Below, piece by piece: positions 1-10,267 of a stretch of DNA of 64,000 nucleotides; the first letter of the stretch is position 1, and the number at the start of each line of letters is the position of its first letter. Source of the DNA: Candidatus Marinacidobacterales bacterium. GTDB taxonomy: Bacteria; Acidobacteriota; Vicinamibacteria; Marinacidobacterales; DATDRI01. The stretch lies in assembly GCA_965219415.1 (NCBI GenBank), contig OZ244742.1:1-64000 (forward strand), given 5' to 3'. A program made the position numbers and the translations under genes. The notes below the pieces were generated by a model, which saw only the letters and a program-made list of their open reading frames with translations, had not been told where the DNA came from and searched no databases.

Positions 1-891
1 GTGCCTTGCGGATGCCTTTGCCTCCGTCCACTACGCAGAGAATCGACTCATCGACGCGCAAGCCCCGCTCGAGAAGGTCCTGCAACATCGCGGTGCACAC
101 CCGAGAGTTCTCCGTCGAGCCCAGCCATATACCCAGGGGCACCTTCGTTCCATCTATTGTGATACCTAGAGTTACGACGACGGTCTGTCCGGCCACCTCA
201 AGGCCATCCAGCATCAGTGCCGCAAGCTCGAACTCCTCTAGCCGCCGAGACAGGTATTCCTCGAGCTTCTTAGTCGTCTGGCTCACGAGGGTGACGGCTG
301 GCGGCACTCTTACTCGTGCCACGAGACTTCAACTTGGCCGCGGGTTTGTTCAGACTCGATTCGTAATTTCGGGTCGATACCCCCACCAAGATCTGATTCA
401 ACACTCGCTCTGGAAGCGGGTCTTCTTCGCGGAAGGCTTCGAAGTGTGGAAGCGACGCCTCCTCGCCCGACTTCGAGCGAACTCGAGGTCGCGACACTTG
501 GATGCGACGACCACCGAAGCTCAGCTCTCCGTTCGTGCTCCCCCAGTGGTTATGAGTTCGCTCCTTCTCGTGCTTGCCCTTGAGCCCCGCGATCTCCTCG
601 GCGTCCTCTCTGAGCAGTAGGTGCAGAGCTGTCAGTCCTTGCTCGTACACCCATTCCGTCAGTTCCGCCTTCGTGGCCGCGATCCCAGCTATCATCGGTA
701 GCAGTATCTGACCGACTTGGCCAACTACCTTGCCCGTAGGCGAGTGCGTTTGCTTTCTTACTGGCTTCTTTGATTTCCTAGGCATTGGTGGCTCCTTGTC
801 CCCCTCTGGAGACGGTTGTTTGGCAGACCTATTCTTAGGCCGGCCAAGGAGCCGCCGCTACCCCAAATTCAACATCCGGCGGGACATCCCC
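1..891 (-). mobile_element. IS256-family element (type A), 5' part; runs off the window start and abuts the interior of another copy of itself
   Basis: Reverse complement of 17089 onward (IR GGGGATGTCCCGCCGGATGTTGAATTT ends at 891). ORF 270..785 is the N-terminus of the 17195..18490 transposase, with a +1 indel near 290. Confidence 0.9.
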
Positions 892-1752
892 TGAAGTCTC
901 GTGGCACGAGTAAGAGTGCCGCCAGCCGTCCACCTCGTGAGCCAGACGACTAAGAAGCTCGAGGAATACCTGTCTCGGCGGCTAGAGGAGTTCGAGCTTG
1001 CGGCACTGATGCTGGATGGCCTTGAGGTGGCCGGACAGACCGTCGTCGTAACTCTAGGTATCACAATAGATGGAACGAAGGTGCCCCTGGGTATATGGCT
1101 GGGCTCGACGGAGAACTCTCGGGTGTGCACCGCGATGTTGCAGGACCTTCTTGAACGGGGCTTGCGCGTCGATGAGTCGATTCTCTGCGTAGTGGACGGA
1201 GGCAAAGGCATCCGCAAGGCACTCGTCGACGTTTTGGGGGACCTCGCGGTCATCCAAAGGTGCCAGATCCATAAACTCCGGAATCTTCGCTCGTACCTTC
1301 CCAAGTCTCGTCACGCCTACGTGCTCCAGACGATGAAGGAAGCCTACAAGTGCAAGAGTGCCGACAAGGCGCGCAAGCGACTTCAGGCATTGGTGTCGTG
1401 GCTCGAGCGAAACGGCTACGACGAAGCTGCCGGAAGCCTTCGTGAAGGGATGGAAGAGACACTCACGGTCGTGAAGCTCGCGCTGCCCGCCTTACTTCGC
1501 CAGTCTCTTGCCACGACGAACGCCATTGAGAATCTCAACGGAACCATTCGCAGAGTATCGAGAAACGTCAAGCGTTGGAAGAGTCCTTCCATGGTTTTTG
1601 TCCACCCGGTCTGGCCCACTTTGATCATTTCATTTGGCCCACCCTAAGTTATTGATTACACACGAAGAGAAGTAATAAGTGCCCCTTTCCTCTGTTGCGG
1701 CCGGAGCTAAGTGAAGGCCGCCTCGAGTGAAACCGGAGCAAAGCGTGTTCTG

Positions 1753-2524
1753 TCATGATGTTGCCGTCTTTTTCCGGGTTTTGAGCGAGCGACGGAAGCG
1801 ATAGGACTCGGTACCGGTTTCGAGGATGTGAGCCTGGTCGGTGAGCCGGTCCAGTAGCGCTTTGCACAGCCGGGCGTTTGTGAACACTTGCGTCCATTCC
1901 GAGAACGGCAAGTTAGTGGTGATGACGGTCGCGGCGCGCTCACATCGTTCGGAGACGACCTGAAACAACAGTTCGGCACCGACCTCGGCGAGCGGTACGT
2001 AGCCGAGTTCGTCGATGCACAGCAGTTCGAAGCGGGCGTGCTTGCGAATAGCCTTAGAAAGCTGGAGCTCCTCCTTGGCCTCGACGAGTTCGTTGACGAG
2101 CCTCGACGCGGTCGTGAACCGCACTCGACGACGCTGCTGGCAGGCCTCTACACACAGCGCGGTGGCGAGATGGGTTTTGCCAGTGCCGGCATCGCCGAGA
2201 AAAATCACCGGCTCTGCCCGCTCGAGGTATCTACCCTCAGTGAGTTGGCGGATTCGCTGAGCGGACAGCTTCGGTGACAGCGAGAAGTCGAACTCGTCGA
2301 GCGTCTTCGCTCTCGGCAGCTGTGCTTCCTTCAGCCGTCTCTGAACCGTTCGGTGTTCTCGCTCTTCGACTTCAGAGCTGAGCAGAACCTCCAGATAACC
2401 CACGTGGGTTTGTTTTTCGCGGCTAGCTTGTTCTTGCGAGCTTGTGGAACTGAGCTGACACCGTTGGCATCCGAAGCGTCTTGCAATGCTGCTGGATCGT
2501 CTGAATCTCGACGGGTTGTCTCAT
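1753..2524 (-). CDS. istB: IS21 helper ATPase IstB (frameshift near 2430)
   Basis: Walker [15 protein letters not shown], and [15 protein letters not shown] motifs. The ATG at 2524 overlaps the istA stop. Confidence 0.88.
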
Positions 2525-4075
2525 CGACTTACCTCGTGTGCCTGCTCATCCACGAGTCGGTCGTAGTGACCCACGTGAGGTAGAGGACGTTCGTAGCGCG
2601 CCAGCTCACCGAGTTGAGATTGGACTAGCTCTGACGATGCCGCGCGCGAAAGCGATGGAGACTCGACAAGGTGCCGAATCGCGTCTGCATCGATACAGCC
2701 GATCTCAAGCGCCACACGCAACGTATCTCTTAGCTGGTCGTAACCGTGTCGGCGTCCAAGCTGCACGAGTTCGATCATCTGACGCGTGCCTTCTTGCTTG
2801 CCCGTGACGACGATTCAATCGCTTCCACACTTCATCGTAGCTCGCTGGCCACCGTCCTTGCTCGCGCCACTGCGCCAGAGGCGTCGACCCGGCTAAGGCT
2901 CCGGGTTTGCGCTCGAGGACGTCCAAGTAGTGTTCAAGATCTAGTACTTGTTTCATGCGGTCGTAGCAGCGTTCGTGACGCGCCACCCGGCGTCCCTCGT
3001 GCCAGACCTCAACTTCAAGCGGCATCAGCTTGGCCACCGCACGTTGGCCGCGCTTGAGCGGCGTCGAGTACCAGTTCGTGCCCGCACGGACGCAACCCTT
3101 CTTATCCACCAGACCGATTCGTCTTTCTTCGAGCTCGAAACCCTGCGTCGCCAGTGGCAACAGGTGCTCGCGTTCGTACTCCATCCCAACACCAACCGTA
3201 TGTGCTTTGCCGGAGATGTGACGTTTCTCCTCCTTGCGGCAACACGTCAGCAGGTAGTCGTTCAGCTCTTCCCAATCCGTGAACTCAGGGACCGGCGTCC
3301 AGTGATTGCGGCGGAAGTAGCCGACCTCGCTTTCCACACCGCCTTTCTCGTTTCCACGGCTCGGATTGCAAAATTCCGACTCAAAACTCCAATGCGAGCG
3401 AAACATGATGAACCGTTCTGTTTGCTCACGTTGGTGACCCCGAAGGATCTTCCTCACCGCCAGCGATAGGTTGTCGTAACGCAGCCGGTGGAACACCCCG
3501 CCGAAAAACTCGAACGCCTTCTCGTGCGCTTCGAAAAACGCTTGCTGCGTCGGACGCGGATACCCTCGATGCAACGCCCCTCCGCTTGCCATGCTCCGAA
3601 CCACCAGCACGTAGACCTTCTGCTCTCGCCCTCCGATCCGTGAGTGAGCCTCGTACCAGTCCACTTGGCCTTCACCGCCCCACTCGTAACTCTGGGGCAC
3701 GAACACTTCGGCGTCCTTCAACCCCAGCTCTCGCCTCCGACGACCTACGTAGCGACGTATCGTTGGTTCCGCTATCTCATGTCCCGGATACTCCTCAATC
3801 ACACGACTCCAGATTCGATGAGCCGTGTGACGCTGTTTGCGCGGGGCTCGCTTGTCTCCTTCCAGAATCCCGTCGATGAACTCGACCACTGGACCCAGTT
3901 TCGGTGACGCCCGTTCTGGACATTTACGCTCCCGTGGCACAGCCTTCTCCAGGGCCTGTCGCAACCATTCGTCGGTGAACACCGTACTTCGTTGCAACTC
4001 CTTGAATCGTTCCAACTCCGCGTTCGTACTCTCGCCTCATCTGCTCGAACAGTCGCACTTTGGCACCCCTTTCCA
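2521..4075 (-). CDS. istA: IS21 transposase IstA (frameshifts near 3965 and 2795)
   Basis: N-terminal [17 protein letters not shown], then [18 protein letters not shown] and YSTP motifs (ORFs 2705..4015 plus 2521..2778). Confidence 0.85.
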
Positions 4076-4385
4076 ACCGACACCTCCTTCCCGGGACTTC
4101 GCCCCGGGAAGACTAACGGTTCGATACGGGTGGGCCAAATCAGACGATCAATATGGGCCAAAACAGAGTAGCAAACACATTCCATGGTTCGCCGATGGAC
4201 CGCTCTTGGCGTCGTCACCGCGCAGAAAGAGTTCCGGCGTATCAAAGGCTATCGCCATATGGGCGCTCTCGTTCACGCGCTTAGAAGCAAACAGAAATCT
4301 CTTGACAGCGATGAGTTTGCTGCCTAAGAGTATTCACAGGTGCCGTCGCTACCCGACCAAATTCAACAGCGGCCGGGACATCCCC

Positions 4386-4534
4386 TTTCGGGAAGCCTTT
4401 CCTCTCATCGTCTTCTGATGTTCCAGGTCCCATTTGAGAACGAGCCTGCCATCTCGGTAGACATGCACGTGTCTGGGGCTATGGTCGCCAGCCCAGCTCA
4501 CGAAGACGTAGTTGTCTCGACGAACCTTCCCCAT
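4386..4534 (-). pseudogene. DUF4160-like small toxin-antitoxin-associated protein, truncated by IS256
   Basis: MGKVRRDNYVFVSWAGDHSPRHVHVYRDG carries the DH.P.HVHV motif. The reading frame is cut by the IS end at 4385. Confidence 0.65.
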
Positions 4535-4566
4535 TGGAACGTTACCACGACGGTAACACTTGTCAA
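4535..4566 (-). promoter_or_regulatory. Sigma70-type promoter with overlapping palindromic operator, probably giving a leaderless mRNA
   Basis: Minus strand reads TTGACA-16 nt-TAACGT-TCCA-ATG. An inverted repeat GTTACC-N5-GGTAAC sits at 4541-4557. Confidence 0.55.
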
Positions 4567-4705
4567 AAAAGGGACCGAATTGAACCCGCGGCCTCCCGCA
4601 AGGAGAAATGACGAGAAGAAGGGAGGAAACCCTTCCTACAAAAGCAGAGAACCATCGAAGCGGTTGCCGGTGACAGCAAGCCTGCCCGCTTCGGAAAGAG
4701 GGGAG

Positions 4706-4738
4706 TGTTACCTTTAGTTACTCGGTTCGAACCGAGTA
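4706..4738. repeat. Palindromic repeat family, copy A
   Basis: TGTTACCTTTAGTTACTCGGTTCGAACCGAGTA has a perfect 20-bp inner palindrome. Its first 21 nt match the reverse complement of copy B at 20/21. Confidence 0.65.
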
Positions 4739-4823
4739 GATTTCCAGAGGCCGACGCTAGTGCCAAGCCCTAGGGTGGGAAGGAGACACGCGGGAACGTT
4801 CCCGTCGGCTAGAGCTCCCAAAG

Positions 4824-6467
4824 TTATCGGTCAATTGTGGTCACTGGCAGCTCGCCTGTCGACCAGACGATTGTCCCGCCAACGGCGACAGCCATAGGTT
4901 GCAGTTCAAGCCACTCGTCAACCTGCATTTCTATTGGGTTCTTCGGCCAAATGACATAGTCGGCAAATGAACCAGTCCCCAGTCGTCCCACACGCCGATC
5001 GCCCAAGTATTCCCCGGCGCCACGCGTCCAAAGGTTTAACGCTTCCTCTTTGCCTACGGCCTGATCAGGCCCAAACGTCAACCCATCCCATTGTCTGCGG
5101 GTAACCGCGGCCCAGGCACCACGCAATGGATCGCACGGTAGGATGTCGCTCCCGCCGCCGACCGTTACCCCGGCTTTCAGCATCGAGGCTATAGGCAGGC
5201 ACCGGTCGACCAGTTCTTGGCCCCAGGCAGATCGCATTTCGCCTGCGAACCCATAGGCGAGGACAGGCTGTACCGAGATCGCAATGCCGAGCTTGGCGGC
5301 GCGTGACAGATCCTCCTCTTTCGGCAAGAATGTGTGCGCTAGGGAGACTAGGTTCGGAGCTGCAGGGACTCCCTGCGTGGAGAGTTTCTCGACCACGTCG
5401 ATCACGGTTTGGATGGCGCGGCCACCCATGACGTGGAGGCAAACCGGCCAGCCTCGTTCCATACAGAGGCCGATCAGCTGCTCGAGTTCAGAGTTTGTGT
5501 ATCGTACGATCGGATCCGTCCCAACTTCGTCTTCCGCACGCATCCAGGCACCTTTGAACTCCCCGTCAATGAATGCCTTGATAGCCCAGGTGCGCAGGTA
5601 GTCATCACCGGTAAAGGGGTGAATGTTGGTCTCTGTGACGGACCGCTTTTGTACCTCAAAGGTGTCTCGGAAGTTCAGCTGATTCATCAGCCAGACACGC
5701 TGCTGTAGCGCACCGCCCGTTCTCGCGTCCCGATACAAAGCCCATGAGTTCTCGAAGCCTCCGGGAGGCATGTGAGGTAGCCCGGGATCAACGATGCTGG
5801 TAATTCCCATAGCGAACAGTCTCTGCGATGCCGAGCGAAGAAGCTCCATTTCTCGCTCACTCGACAGACCGCTGTTTCCGTTAAGCCAGTCATTGAAAAA
5901 CCGCACGCTGGTGAACCCTCGAAGCGCTCCTTCCTCCTCCGACCAATCCTCAGAAGGTAAGGAGGCGAGCCAGCTTGCGGCACGTTCGATCGCTGCGCTG
6001 TTCAACACGGCGACATCCAGCCGCCGATACAGACAGACTGGATGCGTGTCGACCACTTCGTCTATCTCTCGCCTCGTCGGTAGTCGCTGCTCTACCAGGC
6101 GAGACTCATGCCAGCGCTCGTCGTGAGCAAGCGTCCGGATCCACTCCCCGGACGGCGCCTTTTCCGCGACCGCCTTGACTCTGCTTAGAACCTCGGCGAT
6201 TGTCTGGGAGCCTGCGGGATGTACCATCGCAAAGTAGCGAGCCACCAGCTGCAGGTGCATGTGCGTATCGCAGAATCCTGGAAGAACTGTGGCTCCTTGG
6301 AGTCGCACTACTGCGGTTCCGCGTCCCTTCAGTCCCTCGATTGTCCGTGAGTCGCCAAGAACAACCACCTTGCCCCCGCGGACTCCAAGTGCTTCCGCAC
6401 GTGGTCGTGCGTCGTCGAAGGTGATGATGTTCCCCCCGGTCAGAACGACATCAAGCGATTCCTCCAT
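4824..6467 (-). CDS. Amidohydrolase family 3 (YtcJ-like) metal-dependent hydrolase
   Basis: 547 aa with PGFCDTHMH, IKAFIDG, LHVMG, GGSD and GRLGTGSFADYVIW motifs. Confidence 0.9.
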   Translation of the reverse strand: MEESLDVVLTGGNIITFDDARPRAEALGVRGGKVVVLGDSRTIEGLKGRGTAVVRLQGATVLPGFCDTHMHLQLVARYFAMVHPAGSQTIAEVLSRVKAVAEKAPSGEWIRTLAHDERWHESRLVEQRLPTRREIDEVVDTHPVCLYRRLDVAVLNSAAIERAASWLASLPSEDWSEEEGALRGFTSVRFFNDWLNGNSGLSSEREMELLRSASQRLFAMGITSIVDPGLPHMPPGGFENSWALYRDARTGGALQQRVWLMNQLNFRDTFEVQKRSVTETNIHPFTGDDYLRTWAIKAFIDGEFKGAWMRAEDEVGTDPIVRYTNSELEQLIGLCMERGWPVCLHVMGGRAIQTVIDVVEKLSTQGVPAAPNLVSLAHTFLPKEEDLSRAAKLGIAISVQPVLAYGFAGEMRSAWGQELVDRCLPIASMLKAGVTVGGGSDILPCDPLRGAWAAVTRRQWDGLTFGPDQAVGKEEALNLWTRGAGEYLGDRRVGRLGTGSFADYVIWPKNPIEMQVDEWLELQPMAVAVGGTIVWSTGELPVTTIDR

Positions 6468-6517
6468 GCAGGCGCTCCCTCAGTAGACTCTGTCTCTTGG
6501 AATCTTGCGTAGACCTG

Positions 6518-7333
6518 TCACGTCCGTGCCTCGGAATCGGCCGACGGGCCCAGCCGTTCTTCTCTGGATTCGGCCAGCACCAGCTTTCGAGTGCGAGCAT
6601 CCTGCGGATCTGCAAACACTCGCTCGACCTGACCGGCCTCCACAATGCGTCCGGCATCCAGCACAGCGACCCGGTGAGCCAGCGTCTCAACGACGTCGAG
6701 CTCGTGCGACGCCAAGAGGTACGCGATGTGATGCCGTTCTTGGAGTTCAGCGAGAAGATTCACGACTTGGCCGCGGACTGACACGTCGAGCGCCGACGTT
6801 GGCTCATCAAGGAAAATGAACTCGGGGTCGCTGGCCAACGCTCGCGCAATTGCGATTCGTTGCAGCTGCCCACCCGACAACTCATCTCTGTGTCTCTCGA
6901 GCAAGCGCTGGTCGAGGTGCACTTCCTCCAAGAGTGTGCGCGCGCGCCTGTCTCGCTCACGTTTCGGACATGAACTCGTTCTGAGCGCCTCCATGAGCGT
7001 GCGGCGCACCGAGAATGCGGGGTTCATTGACCCGATCGGATCCTGAAATACGATCTGCATGCGAGGTCTTAATTCACGCAGCTTCTGATAGCCGAGGTTG
7101 TCGAGTCTCTCATCACCGAGGTATATCTCCCCGGCAGTTGGATTCAGAAGCCTAAGAACGCAGCGTCCGATGGTTGACTTGCCAGAGCCTGACTCACCGA
7201 CCAGGGCCAGAGTCTCGCCGGATTCAACGCTGAAAGAAACGTCGTCCACTGCGCGAAAGGCAGACGCACCTCTCCGTCGGAAATCCATCGTGAGACCCCG
7301 GACCCGAGTCACTTCCACGCGATGGCCTCCCAA
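6518..7333 (-). CDS. Peptide ABC transporter ATP-binding subunit (DppF/OppF-like)
   Basis: GESGSGKS, QIVFQDP, LSGGQLQR and DEPTSALD motifs. Confidence 0.92.
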   Translation of the reverse strand: MGGHRVEVTRVRGLTMDFRRRGASAFRAVDDVSFSVESGETLALVGESGSGKSTIGRCVLRLLNPTAGEIYLGDERLDNLGYQKLRELRPRMQIVFQDPIGSMNPAFSVRRTLMEALRTSSCPKRERDRRARTLLEEVHLDQRLLERHRDELSGGQLQRIAIARALASDPEFIFLDEPTSALDVSVRGQVVNLLAELQERHHIAYLLASHELDVVETLAHRVAVLDAGRIVEAGQVERVFADPQDARTRKLVLAESREERLGPSADSEART

Positions 7334-8292
7334 CTACGGAGGGATGAAACCTCGCGAATGCATCTCGCACCGTGATCAGAACTCACGTTTCGAAAGGCTG
7401 GACGAGCGCGCCAACAGTCCTCAATGACGTCCGGACATCTGGCGGCGAAGGAGCATGCGCCGATCGCCAGGCGCAGGTCGGGAACGGCGCCAGCGATGAA
7501 ACCCATGCGCCTTCCGCTTCTTCGCCTTGATGCGATCAGGTCTCTGGTGTACGGGTGTGCCGGCATGGCCAAGACCTCGTCGCACGGTCCAGCCTCCACG
7601 ATTTCTCCTGCGTACATGATCGCGACCCGATTGCAGGCTTTGGCCAAAACGGACAAGTCATGCGAAACGACGACGAGCGAGGCACCAATCTTCCGCGTTC
7701 GCGTGAGTAGTAATTTCAGTGCGTTGAGCTTGACCGTAGGGTCAAGCCCAGAGGTCGGCTCGTCCACCAACACCAGGCTAGGATGACCAACGAGCGCAAG
7801 GGCAATCATTACTCTCTGGGCTTGTCCCCCCGACAGCTCATGCGGATATCGGTCGAGGATTTCGTCACCCAGATCCACCTCGGACAGACTCTTGCGCGCG
7901 AAGCTGCGTAAGACGCTTCGACCCTCCGCCGTGTGGCGCCGGCGGGCACGCCCGATCTGATGCCCGACCGTCATCGTCGGATGAAGAGCGTTGCGTGCAT
8001 TCTGAAAGACGCAGGAAATCTCGCTCCCATTCAAACGCCTTCGCGTCCGCATGTCGAGAGCGTTGAGGCTAGTTCCGTTGAGTCGAATCTCACCTTCAAC
8101 CACTCGCGCCCACTCTGGAAGCAATCCAGCAATTGCCAGCATCAAGGTCGTCTTCCCGCAGCCCGATTCGCCAGCAATGCCGACGCACTCGTTCGCGGCG
8201 ACGCGCAAGTCCACACCGCGAACAGCATGCGTCTTCGACGCCCCAGTCGCCAAGTCGATTGCTAGACCCGTGATTTCCAGCAGATGTGTCAT
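7309..8292 (-). CDS. Peptide ABC transporter ATP-binding subunit (DppD/OppD-like)
   Basis: GESGCGKT, YPHELSGGQ and HPYT motifs plus a C-terminal Cys cluster. The start is placed at MTHLLEI, overlapping the permease stop. Confidence 0.92.
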   Translation of the reverse strand: MTHLLEITGLAIDLATGASKTHAVRGVDLRVAANECVGIAGESGCGKTTLMLAIAGLLPEWARVVEGEIRLNGTSLNALDMRTRRRLNGSEISCVFQNARNALHPTMTVGHQIGRARRRHTAEGRSVLRSFARKSLSEVDLGDEILDRYPHELSGGQAQRVMIALALVGHPSLVLVDEPTSGLDPTVKLNALKLLLTRTRKIGASLVVVSHDLSVLAKACNRVAIMYAGEIVEAGPCDEVLAMPAHPYTRDLIASRRRSGRRMGFIAGAVPDLRLAIGACSFAARCPDVIEDCWRARPAFRNVSSDHGARCIREVSSLRSWEAIAWK

Positions 8293-9191
8293 CGGGCCCT
8301 CCAGGTTCGTGCGCTCCAGGCGCTCACCCGGTTGAGGGTTAGGACCACCACAAAGATGGCGGCGCCTGGGAACATGGCAGTCCACCAATGACCGAGCACA
8401 ATGCCCCCCGCTCCCTGCTGAATCATCACGCCCCACTCCGGATTTGGCACCCGCACGCCCAGGCCCAGGAAAGACAGGCCGGCGAGTACTTGGATGGCGG
8501 TGGCGAACGAGTTCGGAAACAGGGCTTCGATCGAAGGACGCGCCGCAGGTAGCAGGTGAGAGAAAACGATTCTCGCGCGGCTGTGGCCGCTACACACCGC
8601 TGCATCGATGAACTCCGCCGAGCGCAAAGGACGAACAATCGTTCTGACGATTCGGTAATATAGAGGTGTCCCAACGAGTGCAACCACCAAGACGAGGTTG
8701 CGGATGGACGTCCCGAGGGCGGCAAGCATCGCTATTGAAAGGATAACGACCGGGAACGCTTGAAAGATATCAGCCAGTCGCTGGAGCGTTGCATCTAATA
8801 ACCCATGAAAGTAGCCCGAGAGAAGCCCAAGGTAAGTACCCACCGTGACGGAAATGACAGTGGCAAGGAGTGGCAGTAGAAGGTCGATGCGAGCGGCGTA
8901 GAGCACCCGAGAAAAGACATCCATGCCATTGCCGTCGGTGCCGAAGAAATGGGCAGCGGACGGGGGCAAGTTCTGCGCACCAGCGAACTCCATAGGGCCA
9001 TACGGCGACAACAGAGGAGCAAAGACTGCAACAAAGACAAGGGCGACGAGTGACCAGATGGCTGGGGAACGAACCGCCAGGCCCAAGACGCTCGGCCGCC
9101 AATCGGGAGGAGGCTCGGACTCATTCGTGAACCTCTCCGTTCCCCGCTCGAAGAGCTCAAGTCTCTCCTCCATCCCTTCACGCGAAGTCAT
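8289..9191 (-). CDS. Peptide ABC transporter permease (DppC/OppC-like)
   Basis: HFFGTDGNGMDVFSR, EFIDAA loop and LSFLGLG..PEWG motifs. Confidence 0.92.
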   Translation of the reverse strand: MTSREGMEERLELFERGTERFTNESEPPPDWRPSVLGLAVRSPAIWSLVALVFVAVFAPLLSPYGPMEFAGAQNLPPSAAHFFGTDGNGMDVFSRVLYAARIDLLLPLLATVISVTVGTYLGLLSGYFHGLLDATLQRLADIFQAFPVVILSIAMLAALGTSIRNLVLVVALVGTPLYYRIVRTIVRPLRSAEFIDAAVCSGHSRARIVFSHLLPAARPSIEALFPNSFATAIQVLAGLSFLGLGVRVPNPEWGVMIQQGAGGIVLGHWWTAMFPGAAIFVVVLTLNRVSAWSARTWRAR

Positions 9192-10264
9192 GCCCGTCTC
9201 CTCACTCGCGGATCAACGACCATCTCGACCATATCGGTGATAGCGTAGAGAGCAACCCATATCAGAACGGTCATGAGCACGACGCCCTGAACGACGGGGA
9301 AATCGTATGTCTTGATCGCCTGTACCGCATAGTCTCCGATACCAGGCCACGCGAAAATGGTCTCCACGAATACGACGCTACTCAGAAGGTTGCCTATCAT
9401 GAGTACGGACATGTTGAGCGTAGGCATCAGCAATAGCCGTGCGGCATCGTCGAAAACGATCCGAGACGGCGCAAGACCGATCGAACGTGCGGTCCGAACC
9501 GCGTCTGACCTGAGAAGACGCTTCATCTCCGAGTGGACGAGTCGAAGAAGTGGGGGTTGGATGTGAAAGCCAATCGCAAGGGCCGGCAGTGTCATTGCCC
9601 ACAGGGCGTACATTGAGCCAGAGAGGTCACGGGCTAGCAGGGCATCGATGACGGAAAAGCCGGTGCGAGCAAGCGGGGCTTGTCCAAGTGGAAAACGTCC
9701 CAACGGCGGCGGAAACCAGTTCAATTTGTAGAAGAAGACGTACATGAGCAGGAGCGCGAGCCAGAACGTCGGCATCGCGTTACCGAGCGCCGTGGCTAAG
9801 TCGGCAAGTCGGGGCGCGATTCCACCCGGGCGTGCAGCGGCGAGCACGCCCAGTCCGACCGCGATGACCCAGGCAATGAGGAAACCGTACCCAATCAGCT
9901 CCAGCGTCGCGGGAAGTCGAGTGAGGACAGCCTGCCGAATCGACTCGCCGCTAGCAATCGAGGTGCCCAAGTCCCCGTGCAACAGACCTTCGACGTAGCG
10001 AACGTATTGCACCGTTAGCGGCTGGTCGAGTCCGAGCTCCTTCGTCCTCAGATCAATGGTCTGCTGATCGGCAAACGGACCAACCAAAAGATGTACAGGA
10101 TCCCCTGGGAGAACCCGCGTGAGGACGAAGGTAGCGGTCGTCGTTCCAACGAGTACAACTATCGCTATGCCGAGGCGGCGAAGCAGGAGTTGCGCAACCG
10201 ACCAGTGGGACTCAGCATGGGAGTTCCGCCACCGCAGGATTCGTGAGGTCCGCGGCTTCGCCAT
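9188..10264 (-). CDS. Peptide ABC transporter permease (DppB/OppB-like)
   Basis: LPGDP, LGLDQPL.VQY, GDLGTS, ETIFAWPGIG and DFPVVQG motifs. Confidence 0.92.
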   Translation of the reverse strand: MAKPRTSRILRWRNSHAESHWSVAQLLLRRLGIAIVVLVGTTTATFVLTRVLPGDPVHLLVGPFADQQTIDLRTKELGLDQPLTVQYVRYVEGLLHGDLGTSIASGESIRQAVLTRLPATLELIGYGFLIAWVIAVGLGVLAAARPGGIAPRLADLATALGNAMPTFWLALLLMYVFFYKLNWFPPPLGRFPLGQAPLARTGFSVIDALLARDLSGSMYALWAMTLPALAIGFHIQPPLLRLVHSEMKRLLRSDAVRTARSIGLAPSRIVFDDAARLLLMPTLNMSVLMIGNLLSSVVFVETIFAWPGIGDYAVQAIKTYDFPVVQGVVLMTVLIWVALYAITDMVEMVVDPRVRRRA

Positions 10265-10267
10265 GCC

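Larger units (their letters stand above)
1592..4179 (-). mobile_element. IS21-family insertion sequence
   Basis: TG...CA ends with repeated TTTGGCCC(C)ACCC/TGGCCCA motifs at both termini. TTCCA is duplicated at 1587-1591 and 4180-4184. Contains istA and istB. Exact ends are uncertain by about 5 bp. Confidence 0.85.
892..4385 (+). mobile_element. IS256-family element (type A), 3' part, interrupted by an IS21 element
   Basis: 892-1591 and 4180-4385 match the interior and right end of the intact copy 17089-18548 (right IR ...AGCGGCCGGGACATCCCC). ORF 901..1647 is the DDE core. Confidence 0.9.
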
